From positions 1 to 42,356 of the forward strand of contig MHWW01000013.1 in the NCBI GenBank assembly GCA_001824275.1: a stretch of 42,356 nucleotides of DNA, in the 5' to 3' direction. The position numbers and the translations under genes are program-made. Of the stretch, positions 7,713 to 15,494 are shown piece by piece. The notes beneath the pieces were generated by a model. The model was not told the origin of the DNA. It saw only the letters and a list, made by a program, of their open reading frames with translations, and searched no databases. Each line of letters begins with the position of its first letter. Position 1 is the first letter of the stretch. The DNA comes from Candidatus Zambryskibacteria bacterium RIFOXYC1_FULL_39_10 (GTDB lineage Bacteria; Patescibacteriota; Minisyncoccia; Phycocordibacterales; WO2-35-19).

Positions 7713-8777
7713 ATGAATTTTTGGAATAAAATAAAAAAATCCTTCGACAATGCTCAGGATAAACCCATTTTATGTTTGGCGCCGATGGCCGATGTCACTG
7801 ATCGGGCCTTTCGACGTATTATTACCAAATATGGTAAGCCAGATGTTTTGTGGACGGAGTTTGTTTCTGCGGACGGATTATTTCTGGGAGGATATGATGC
7901 TCTCATTAATGATCTTTCTTTTTCTCCGGAGGAGCGACCGATTATTGCTCAATTTTTTACAAGCAAACCTGAAATGATGGAAAAAGCAGCGAGATTGGCG
8001 GTAGAGTTTGGTTTTGATGGAATAGATATAAATATGGGCTGTCCTGACAAAAGTGTAGAAAAGCAAAATGCTGGAGCATCTTTGATGAAAAATCCGAGTT
8101 TATCTAAGGAAATAATTTTAGCAGCCAAACAAGGAGCTCAAACTAAAATCCAAGGCCGAACCTTGGAAATTCCGGTTTCTGTTAAAACTCGTATAGGTTA
8201 TAACAAGGATGAGTTAGAAACCTGGCTTCCCAATCTTTTGGAAACCGAGCCGGCCGTTATCACTATCCACGCGCGCACTCGCAAAGAGATGTCACTTGTG
8301 CCGGCAAGATGGGAACATGTAAAAAGAGCAGTGGAAATTAGGGATGAAGTGTCAAGGTTGAACCTTGACACTAAAACTTTGATATTTGGAAATGGTGATG
8401 TGGAGAATATTGCTGATGCACGACAAAAAGCAGAGGAGTCAGGTTGTGATGGGGTGATGCTTGGCAGAGCGATATTTGGAAATCCTTGGTTATTTTCAGG
8501 CCACATTCCAACAGTAGAAGAAAAATTAAAAGTTTTGATTGAACATACTAAACTTTTTGAGGAATTAGTTTTGCCCAAATCACCTATTGGCCAGGCCCGC
8601 CTGCCAACGCCTGGCACTGGCGGGCAGGGCAAGAGTTTTGCTGTAATGAAAAAGCATTACAAGGCTTATGTAAATGGGTTTCTCGGTGCCAAAGAGCTTC
8701 GAGTGAAGCTTATGGAAGCTCCTAATGCAGATGAGGTAGAAAAAGTAGTAAATAATTTTTTGATATCGTATAATTAA
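7713..8777 (+). CDS. dus: tRNA-dihydrouridine synthase carrying three in-frame palindromic inserts
   Basis: LAPMADVTD, DINMGCP, PVSVKTR, TIHART, GNGDV, DGVMLGRA. Confidence 0.95.
   Translation: MNFWNKIKKSFDNAQDKPILCLAPMADVTDRAFRRIITKYGKPDVLWTEFVSADGLFLGGYDALINDLSFSPEERPIIAQFFTSKPEMMEKAARLAVEFGFDGIDINMGCPDKSVEKQNAGASLMKNPSLSKEIILAAKQGAQTKIQGRTLEIPVSVKTRIGYNKDELETWLPNLLETEPAVITIHARTRKEMSLVPARWEHVKRAVEIRDEVSRLNLDTKTLIFGNGDVENIADARQKAEESGCDGVMLGRAIFGNPWLFSGHIPTVEEKLKVLIEHTKLFEELVLPKSPIGQARLPTPGTGGQGKSFAVMKKHYKAYVNGFLGAKELRVKLMEAPNADEVEKVVNNFLISYN
8149..8167. repeat. CAAGG-N5-CCTTG palindrome inside dus (IQGRTLE)
   Basis: TCCAAGG-CCGAA-CCTTGGA, a variant of the 91-115 / 8348-8372 family. Confidence 0.55.
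8348..8372. repeat. perfect 25-nt palindrome inside dus (VSRLNLDT)
   Basis: AGTGTCAAGGTT-G-AACCTTGACACT, with a near-identical intergenic copy at 91-115. Confidence 0.8.
8596..8628 (+). mobile_element. 33-nt in-frame mini-element in dus (RLPTPGTGGQ)
   Basis: CAGG|CCCGCCTGCCA...TGGCGGGCAGG, same family as serS 1349-1390. Confidence 0.7.
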
Positions 8778-8781
8778 ATTT

Positions 8782-9006
8782 ATGGAATATATTCCAAATA
8801 TTTTGGGCAAAGTTTCGCTCTCGGGCAAATCTGTCTCTGACCTCATTTTATTTTTAGTGGCGGCTTTCACAGCAATTGCGTCGCTTGTGATGTTTTTCCA
8901 TTGGAGGCGATACGGAATGGGAGGTGCGACACTCGCACTTATGGAAATAGTTTATGTCGTCGTCGCGGTGATGCTTATTGTCGTAGCATTTTTAAGTTTA
9001 AATTAA
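8782..9006 (+). CDS. small two-TM membrane protein
   Basis: Two hydrophobic helices around FHWRRYG, with tight operon spacing. Confidence 0.75.
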   Translation: MEYIPNILGKVSLSGKSVSDLILFLVAAFTAIASLVMFFHWRRYGMGGATLALMEIVYVVVAVMLIVVAFLSLN

Positions 9007-9546
9007 ATGATTACTTTTGAAGAAGGTGAACAAATAGTTAAAATTGTGAGGAGACATTATTTGGTAATTATCCCCATGATAATGTCACTTATGTTTGCGG
9101 CACTCGCACCACTACTTTTTTATACTTTTATCACTTCGGGCTTCGTGCCACTTGAAGCGGGGGCAATAAGCGCAATCCAAAACATATTTACTAAATGGAA
9201 GACATTTGGTTACTCATTGTGGCTACTACTGTTGTGGGTGATATTTTTTATTGAATGGACTGATTATTATTTGGACCTTTGGATAATCACTAGCAAGAGG
9301 ATTATTGATGTAGAACAAAAAGGATTTTTCCATCGTGAAATCACCAGTTTTCGCTATGAGCAGATTCAAGATATAACAGTAGAAACCCGTGGACTTATTG
9401 AGACATTTTTTAAATTTGGCACACTCCAAATTCAAACCGCCGGTCACAGCCGAGATATTATAATCAGAGATGCCCACTATCCAGAAGTTGCCAGATCTTT
9501 AATTTTGAGATTGAGTGAGAAATCCAAAGCCACAACAAACCAATAG
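9007..9546 (+). CDS. bacterial PH-domain (bPH_2/DUF304-like) membrane protein
   Basis: Two TM helices, then WIITSKRII..GFF..IQDI..FGTLQIQTAG. Confidence 0.85.
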   Translation: MITFEEGEQIVKIVRRHYLVIIPMIMSLMFAALAPLLFYTFITSGFVPLEAGAISAIQNIFTKWKTFGYSLWLLLLWVIFFIEWTDYYLDLWIITSKRIIDVEQKGFFHREITSFRYEQIQDITVETRGLIETFFKFGTLQIQTAGHSRDIIIRDAHYPEVARSLILRLSEKSKATTNQ

Positions 9547-10015
9547 CATACCCCGCCAAGACATCAGATAAATAATGGACTCCCAAATAAAGTCGGCTAA
9601 CTCCGACTAATATTATTAAAGTTCCTAAAAATAAAATAAAAGGATTTTTGAGGTGGTGCCTCTGGTGTGTCCAGATGGTGTAAAAAATAAATCCATACAG
9701 TGCCATAGCCATTGCGGCGTGGCCACTTGGGAATGAATAAGTCGATTCTAAATACAGAGCTTCGGTCAAAGGTCTTGCTCTGTAAAAAATATTTTTGAGC
9801 AAGAATACTGTAATCGCACTACCGAGAACGGAGACAAGCAGAGTCAAAATTCGGAGGTAATGCTTATGAATATAAAACGAAAGAGCGGAAAGAGCGGTGA
9901 CTCCGCTTATCACTACATAACTTGCCGAATAGGTAATAATTAAAAATATGAAAGAGAGCCATTCAACCCTCAAGCTTATAAAAAAATTTAAAACACTTTG
10001 GTCAATAGATTGCAT
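9464..10015 (-). CDS. PAP2-family phosphatase
   Basis: K..FYRARP, YSFPSGHA, SRLYLGVHYLSDV. The ATG at 10015 is preferred as start. Confidence 0.92.
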   Translation of the reverse strand: MQSIDQSVLNFFISLRVEWLSFIFLIITYSASYVVISGVTALSALSFYIHKHYLRILTLLVSVLGSAITVFLLKNIFYRARPLTEALYLESTYSFPSGHAAMAMALYGFIFYTIWTHQRHHLKNPFILFLGTLIILVGVSRLYLGVHYLSDVLAGYAIGLLWLWISHSISKLKIWQLLDSGHL

Positions 10016-10020
10016 CAGGT

Positions 10021-10182
10021 TTAACTTAAGAGAGCCAAAAGTTTGTACACTAAAATTGCTGGCCAAACAATTGCCTTAAGCAGACCAAGTATCCCTGTTC
10101 CAAAAGAAGTTGCGTGTTGGATAAAGAATACTATTGCTCCTATAAAACCCAAGCCGTATACTGTTCCTGAAGTTTTGCACAT
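10021..10182 (-). CDS. small membrane protein
   Basis: VYGLGFIGA...GLLKAIVWPA. ATG 10182 lies 6 nt after a TATAAT, so probably leaderless. Confidence 0.7.
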   Translation of the reverse strand: MCKTSGTVYGLGFIGAIVFFIQHATSFGTGILGLLKAIVWPAILVYKLLALLS

Positions 10183-10188
10183 ATATAA

Positions 10189-10240
10189 ATTATACATTGC
10201 CACGCCCCAATATTGCAACAAGTTGTATTTTTGATACAAT
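10189..10240. promoter_or_regulatory. divergent promoters sharing a palindromic TTGCAA -35
   Basis: + strand: TTGCAA(10213)-16-TACAAT(10235) for tRNA-Asn. - strand: TTGCAA-18-TATAAT(10189-10194). Confidence 0.55.
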
Positions 10241-10271
10241 ACTGAGTGTTCTTTGTATAAAAGAATATTGT

Positions 10272-10641
10272 TCCGTGGTAGCTCAGCGGTAGAGCGGTCG
10301 CCTGTGTAGTGTCACGCAGCTTCCCAAAGAAATTTGGGATTAAAAACGAGGTGAACTCGGGGAAGCCCAAACTTTAAAAAGTGGGTAATCCCGAGCCAAG
10401 CCCAGCACAACTCCTGAAAGTAAATATTTATTTTTAGAAGTTGTGCTGGGAAGGTGTAGAGACTATCTCGCAAGAGAGTAGAGTGTGAGTGTAAAGCATT
10501 TGCATTCGAAGCGCCTCGCCCCCTAACGTACCGTGCGGGTTTATCCCGAGCGTAGTCGAGGGAGATGATATAGTCCATGCTTCTAGTAATAGGAGATTAA
10601 ATGTAAGCGATTGGTCGTAGGTTCGATCCCTACCCACGGAG
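10272..10641 (+). tRNA. tRNA-Asn(GUU), split by a group I intron (exons 10272-10305 and 10604-10641)
   Basis: Acceptor TCCGTGG/CCACGGA with G73, D-arm GCTC/GAGC, anticodon stem GTCGC/GCGAT, spliced loop CT-GT|T-AA, T-arm GTAGG-TTCGATC-CCTAC. CCA not encoded. Confidence 0.92.
10306..10603 (+). ncRNA. group I intron (298 nt, no ORF) at anticodon position 35/36
   Basis: P1 CTGT|GT/ACGCAG with U.G splice pair, P3 CGAGG/CCTCG, P4 CTCGGG/CCCGAG, P7 GAGACTAT/ATAGTCC, terminal G. Two hairpins between P7 and P3' are IA-like. Confidence 0.92.
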
Positions 10642-12285
10642 CAAAGGTCGTGAAAGTGAGGTGCAAGCCTCCTGTCGTGGCTTAACTGAGGACTTTTTTG
10701 AGGTTCGAAAATTATTTTGAGCCTCCGGAAGTTCCATCGAAGAGTGATTATTTATTTTTCGCAAAGACCCGCTAGAAGCAATGCTTTTAGTGGTTTTTTG
10801 TTGCAGTTCGAAATTTTTTTCTAGGTCGATCTTTTCTTGTACTCTTTTGGCTAGGACCGAAACGGATTCTTTCAGTTCATAAGTCGTTTCTCCGTCTTTC
10901 AATGTAAGCATCGAGAATACGTGCTTCAAAAGCATCCTTCTTTCCTCCGGAGTTCTTTTTTCATAAATTTCTCTGGCCCTTCTAGCTAGATCCATGATAT
11001 TGAGCCAAATTTCGAAATATTTAGTTTCTTCACTTTTGACCCTGTTTATCTGCTCCAAAAGAGTAGCTTGCGCCTCGTTTATTTCTTGCTGTTTCTTTTC
11101 CCAAAATTCGCGGCTGATCTTGTTATCGAGGCGATCATCATAAAGGTTATCCAAACGCCTCTGTAGGCCGCTGTAACGTTCATTGAGAGACTTTAAGGTA
11201 CTTTCCTTGTATTCAATCTCGGCGGAGTGATCATTCTTTATTTTTTCCTTAATCTGTTCAGCTTCAACATAAGTAATATTTTCAAAAAATTTGAATACCC
11301 CCATTAACTTCTGCTCAACCTGCTCCTCGGGAGTGTATTTTTTCTGACTACAACCACGATAATGAGTGCAATGGCAATAGACAGTACCTTTTTGAATTTC
11401 AAAAGTAATGGTTCCATCACATTCACCGCACTTAATCATTTTTCTGAAAGTGAATTGGTGCCTTTGGTATTTCGGGGCATCACCTCTGGTCCTTACTTGT
11501 TGGACCTTATCGTACAATTCTTTAGTTATCAAAGGTTCATGCGACCCAGCATAAACCAAATCGTTCCAACGCATGGCTCCGTAATAAAAGGGGTCTTTTA
11601 GGATATCCTCAACTTTGCTTTTTGCGGGTTTTTTACCGGCTCTATTTCTAAATCCTTGCTCATATAATTCATCCACTACTCTTTTCATGGAATAATTTCC
11701 AGTAGCATAAAGTTCAAAAATTCTTTTTACATACGAAGCAGTATTTTCATCGATCACATGAATCTTATGGCCCTTATCTCCAATAGTTTTATAACCAAGT
11801 GCTGGTTTGGTTGGCAGCCATCCCTGTCTGATTTTTTCAGCTTGGCCTTTTTTAACTTCTTCCGAAAGATTGTTTGTATAGAATCTAGCAATGGCTACTT
11901 TCATGTCCCAGACCAAATTTTCGTGGGCACGAGTATTCTGATTTAATACGAAATTTTCTTTAACAAAGTGGACTTCCTTTTCACTTTTTGTGTGGACCCA
12001 ATCGTCAACAGTGGCGGCATCCTTCAAACTACGTGTTAGGCGATCAATTTTTTCGCACAAAATGATGTTTACATCTCTTTTGTCAGCAAATGAAAGCATG
12101 TCACCGAGAGTTTTTCTGATCTGCCATTTACTTGCTGATTCCGTAATTTTAAATACCTTTGGCACTTCAAGGTTTTTCTTATCCGCGTATTCTTTCAAGA
12201 GTTTCTCTTGCGCGTCCAGAGAATAGCCCGTTTCTTCCTGTTCTTTGGAAGATACTCTGCAATAGATCACAGCCTTAGTTTTCAT
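10630..12285 (-). CDS. large serine recombinase 1; stop codon lies inside the tRNA-Asn 3' end
   Basis: IYCRVSSKEQ (catalytic Ser), DRLTR, recombinase domain (LGY, PFYYG, HEPLI), zinc ribbon CGEC...CTH..C, coiled coil. Confidence 0.95.
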   Translation of the reverse strand: MKTKAVIYCRVSSKEQEETGYSLDAQEKLLKEYADKKNLEVPKVFKITESASKWQIRKTLGDMLSFADKRDVNIILCEKIDRLTRSLKDAATVDDWVHTKSEKEVHFVKENFVLNQNTRAHENLVWDMKVAIARFYTNNLSEEVKKGQAEKIRQGWLPTKPALGYKTIGDKGHKIHVIDENTASYVKRIFELYATGNYSMKRVVDELYEQGFRNRAGKKPAKSKVEDILKDPFYYGAMRWNDLVYAGSHEPLITKELYDKVQQVRTRGDAPKYQRHQFTFRKMIKCGECDGTITFEIQKGTVYCHCTHYRGCSQKKYTPEEQVEQKLMGVFKFFENITYVEAEQIKEKIKNDHSAEIEYKESTLKSLNERYSGLQRRLDNLYDDRLDNKISREFWEKKQQEINEAQATLLEQINRVKSEETKYFEIWLNIMDLARRAREIYEKRTPEERRMLLKHVFSMLTLKDGETTYELKESVSVLAKRVQEKIDLEKNFELQQKTTKSIASSGSLRKINNHSSMELPEAQNNFRTSKKSSVKPRQEACTSLSRPLLRG

Positions 12286-12323
12286 GATTTTTATATTTTA
12301 GCACTTTTAATTTTTTATAAATA

Positions 12324-12556
12324 GAACGACTTTTACCTTTGATGTTATCTGGGGTAATGTTATTTCTTATGACACCGAGGATGCGGAGAAGTCATTGTGA
12401 TTACCTTTGAATCCAATGCTACCCTGAAGTATTCCGATGCTCTTCAAATGGCCGGGCGAGAAGTCGTCACTCGTTTCCCCGGCTTTCACAAGAACACCTG
12501 AATACTCCTTAATGGTTTTTACTAAGAGCAAGTTATCCTGATGCCCTTACAGCAGG
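12324..12556 (-). promoter_or_regulatory. structured 5' leader of recombinase 1 (candidate cis-regulatory RNA)
   Basis: Crossing pairs AGTATTC/GAATACT and TGCTCTT/AAGAGCA, hairpin GCCGGG/CCCGGC, loop AAGTCGT complementary to ACGACTT (12326-12332). Confidence 0.5.
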
Positions 12557-12557
12557 T

Positions 12558-12743
12558 TTATCCTCGATTTTTTTGGTCCCCAGCCAACACAAACTCTTTA
12601 GAGGCTGGATCTAAAGAGTTTGTGTTGACATTCGACCCTTTCTTTAAGTGATCATTGTAATCGTACTGAGCGAGCAGGTCGAAAAATTCTGCTAGAGCAG
12701 TGATGTTATCTTCGTTTAGAGCATGATCGTTCTCAACGTTCAT
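12558..12743 (-). CDS. small helical protein upstream of recombinase 1 (possible directionality factor or regulator)
   Basis: Amphipathic ALAEFFDLLAQYD. Positional counterpart at 26657-26830. Confidence 0.6.
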   Translation of the reverse strand: MNVENDHALNEDNITALAEFFDLLAQYDYNDHLKKGSNVNTNSLDPASKEFVLAGDQKNRG

Positions 12744-12853
12744 GCTTTGATTTTCTTAAAATAAAAAGCCTTAGTATATTGGGCTTTTAAGGATTTTCTG
12801 TGGAAATGCCCTTAAAATAAAAGTGATTTGGTAGGGAAAAGTCCCAAAAAGTC

Positions 12854-13564
12854 CTACTCCATTTTTATTTCTAGAATATAAAGATTCTTCCCAGCACTTT
12901 CAATAGATAATGGCATCTTATATTCCCTTAGTCTCATCCTTAGTTTTTTCAGAGCTGATCGGAATGAATCTTCATCATCATAATGCCCATATTCTTCAAG
13001 ATCAATTCTGGGTATTGGCTTGCCTTTGGACAGCACGTTTCCTTTTTTAATTTTTTTTGGATTCTTTAGAAAAAAATCCATTATGGCTTTTTGCCCACTT
13101 CTTATTGGCATTTTTACAGTTCCACACATCAAATAATTATTGATAATCTTTATTTCGCTGATCTTGGAAATTACTGGGACAACAACCTGTTCTTCAAATT
13201 GGGTTAAGATAATCTCTTTTTCTTTTAGAATTGACCTCAACTTTTCCATATCTTCAAACATCCGCAGAGCATCTTCTCTTTGAAGTTTTATATTTTTACC
13301 GGAATGAATTTTGTTAAAAGATGGTAAATAATCTTTTATTAAACTCCATTTCTCAAAGAAACGATGGTATCGATTATTTTTTAAAAATATTCTACAAGCT
13401 TTTTCATCCCATTTTTTATATTCCGCATAAATTTTTAGGGCCAAGCTTCTTTTTTCATTTTTGCTGAAAGGCGCACCATCAATAAGATGGATTAAGCCAA
13501 ACAGCTCTATCCTTAAAATTTCTACTTGAGCGGCATATTGTGGACCCAACCTGTCCAAATTCAT
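12854..13564 (-). CDS. putative regulator with C-terminal winged helix-turn-helix
   Basis: C-terminal DSFRSALKKLRMRL...IESAGKNLYIL resembles an OmpR-type recognition helix and wing. Divergent from RNA motif 1. Confidence 0.65.
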   Translation of the reverse strand: MNLDRLGPQYAAQVEILRIELFGLIHLIDGAPFSKNEKRSLALKIYAEYKKWDEKACRIFLKNNRYHRFFEKWSLIKDYLPSFNKIHSGKNIKLQREDALRMFEDMEKLRSILKEKEIILTQFEEQVVVPVISKISEIKIINNYLMCGTVKMPIRSGQKAIMDFFLKNPKKIKKGNVLSKGKPIPRIDLEEYGHYDDEDSFRSALKKLRMRLREYKMPLSIESAGKNLYILEIKME

Positions 13565-13602
13565 ATACTTACATATTCTCTCAATTATGCTAAAATTTCA
13601 AT

Positions 13603-13764
13603 ACAACTGAATATAAAGCCTAGTAGCCTAAACCGGTGGTCGCCGGCATGGTGAAAAGTGAAGAAAGTCGCGAACAGCGTAAAAAACCCATCATCAGGGT
13701 TGCTGTTCGCGCCATATCGGGAAACTGGTATGTGGCCTCCGGGCCATCTGGTGGTGGGCTTTTT
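13603..13764 (+). ncRNA. conserved structured RNA motif, copy 1
   Basis: Follows TGcTAAAAT (13588-13596). Multi-stem junction ending TGGGCTTTTT. Covaries with copy 2 at 27810-27967. Confidence 0.8.
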
Positions 13765-13778
13765 GTATGTAAAAAACT

Positions 13779-14018
13779 ATGTGGAAATTATTTTGGAACA
13801 TCTTGGCGGTAGTAGTCGGTTTATATACCGGATATAGAATTTTTATTTGGTGTGGGGAACATATCCCAGCTTTTGGATATTTTCCTTTGGGTGTGATTGG
13901 CGGTTTGGCTGCATTGGGATTTGGTATTTATTTGATACATGGAGTAGAACTTTTAATTTCTTGGATTATAGGGAGATTATTTAAAATTCAAAAGGAAGAA
14001 GATTTACCTTTCAATTAA
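13779..14018 (+). CDS. small membrane protein
   Basis: Two hydrophobic segments. First gene of cargo array 1. Confidence 0.7.
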   Translation: MWKLFWNILAVVVGLYTGYRIFIWCGEHIPAFGYFPLGVIGGLAALGFGIYLIHGVELLISWIIGRLFKIQKEEDLPFN

Positions 14019-14029
14019 AACCCACTCAA

Positions 14030-15022
14030 ATGTTAAATTTTTTCAAAAACAAATTCATTAAAACATACAAACCTATTCTAGTTATTGTGATTATCTTAAT
14101 CATTTGTATTTTTGGTTTTATTGGTGTTAGAAAATACAGCGATTACAAAAATTTGCAGCAAAACACTACCCAAGAACTGATACAACAGCAACAGAAATCA
14201 TTAGAAGAAGCAATAAAAGAAATAAATGATTTAAAATCTGCAAACCAAGCAACATCCGAAAAATTGGACCAAAAAATCAACCAAATTGAAAGCAAAAGCC
14301 AAAAAACTGATTCTATAGGTTCTACCGATTTAGAACCTTATATAACCGGTGTTGTAGAAATAACCTGTAAGGATTCGTCAGGGAGCGGCTCATTGTGGAA
14401 TATTGATTCTAAAAATGTAGTCATTACAAATGATCATGTAGTAGAAACTCCCTTTTATAGCTCGTATAACAAACAAAGCTATTGTGTTGTGTTTGCGGAA
14501 AAAATAAATGGGGATTTCGATATGATTTATACAGTATTTCCGTCTTCAAAATGGAATTGGAATAATGAAACGGATATTGCAGTTATGAATCTTGTTGAAA
14601 AGTTTTATCCGGATGGCAATCCTCTTCCTAGTGAATTGGAGAAACCAGCGAATCATTTGAATTTTAAAATTTCTACACTAAAAAAATGCCCATCACAAAT
14701 AGCAGTTGGGTCTCCTGTAGTAGTGATTGGATATCCTGCCTCTGGTATGCAAGAGACATTTAATGGTATGGGGATTGATGCAGCAAGAATTGTTACGAAT
14801 GGGGTGGTTAGTGGATATGACAAGACTGTAAATCCTCCGTATGGAGGACTATTAAACCCAAATTATTATGTATCAGCAAAGATTGATAGTGGAAGTTCTG
14901 GGGGTATAGCATTATCTAGAAACGACGACAAATTGTGTGTCTTAGGTATCCCTACATGGATAAACGTCGGTAATTATGACACCCAGGGCGTGATTCAAAA
15001 TATTCATAATGTTATGAAATAA
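14030..15022 (+). CDS. membrane-anchored trypsin-like serine protease
   Basis: TM and coiled coil, with catalytic triad motifs TNDHVV, TDIAV and DSGSSGG. Confidence 0.88.
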   Translation: MLNFFKNKFIKTYKPILVIVIILIICIFGFIGVRKYSDYKNLQQNTTQELIQQQQKSLEEAIKEINDLKSANQATSEKLDQKINQIESKSQKTDSIGSTDLEPYITGVVEITCKDSSGSGSLWNIDSKNVVITNDHVVETPFYSSYNKQSYCVVFAEKINGDFDMIYTVFPSSKWNWNNETDIAVMNLVEKFYPDGNPLPSELEKPANHLNFKISTLKKCPSQIAVGSPVVVIGYPASGMQETFNGMGIDAARIVTNGVVSGYDKTVNPPYGGLLNPNYYVSAKIDSGSSGGIALSRNDDKLCVLGIPTWINVGNYDTQGVIQNIHNVMK

Positions 15023-15037
15023 AAATTTATTTTTAAG

Positions 15038-15322
15038 ATGACAAATTCATTTAAAAAAGTTGTTGCTTACATTGGCTCTGTAATAGTTTGTTTATGGCTT
15101 GCTTTAAACATTTTCATTGGCTTTGCATATCCGTCCCTAGTTGCTTTTGACGGAATAAAATTATTTTTCACAAATCCTCAAGAATTGATCAGACAAATGG
15201 TTGATCTTTTCGGAATACTTGGTCTTACTGTCATAGTTTTGATATTTCCCGGTGTTTTGATCTGGAGTTACGAAAAGTTTTCTGTTTTTTTGTTAAGAAA
15301 AAGATTATCTAAATGTAAATAA
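15038..15322 (+). CDS. small membrane protein
   Basis: Two TM helices, with array spacing. Confidence 0.7.
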   Translation: MTNSFKKVVAYIGSVIVCLWLALNIFIGFAYPSLVAFDGIKLFFTNPQELIRQMVDLFGILGLTVIVLIFPGVLIWSYEKFSVFLLRKRLSKCK

Positions 15323-15323
15323 T

Positions 15324-15494
15324 ATGCCTCATCAATTTCAATCAATAAATTGTAAAAAGTGCGGTCACGGATACTGCCCGGTATGCAAGGACAAGTGTCC
15401 GAAATGCGGAGAAGTGGATGTGGCTGACGAAAAAACGATGGAGATTAGAGAGCAGATGAAAACATTATTAAAATCAAATGGAAGAAAAAAATAA
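15324..15494 (+). CDS. 56-aa Cys-rich zinc-finger microprotein (not in ORF track)
   Basis: MPHQFQSINCKKCGHGYCPVCKDKCPKCGE... has three CxxC pairs and fills the gap between its neighbours. Confidence 0.7.
   Translation: MPHQFQSINCKKCGHGYCPVCKDKCPKCGEVDVADEKTMEIREQMKTLLKSNGRKK

Noticed and set aside
10140-10637. ORFs overlapping the tRNA/intron loci (10140, 10312, 10434; also 40878, 41158) as homing endonucleases
   Set aside because: They are antisense shadows of structured RNA, with no LAGLIDADG, HNH or GIY-YIG motifs.
10272-10641. Reading the split tRNAs as His(GUG) from the unspliced 5' side, or Thr(UGU)/Tyr(GUA) from the 3' junction
   Set aside because: The P1 U.G pair and terminal G fix the splice sites. 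Ligation gives a 7-nt loop CT-GTT-AA, and U1-A72 with G73 fits Asn. The same holds at 40943.
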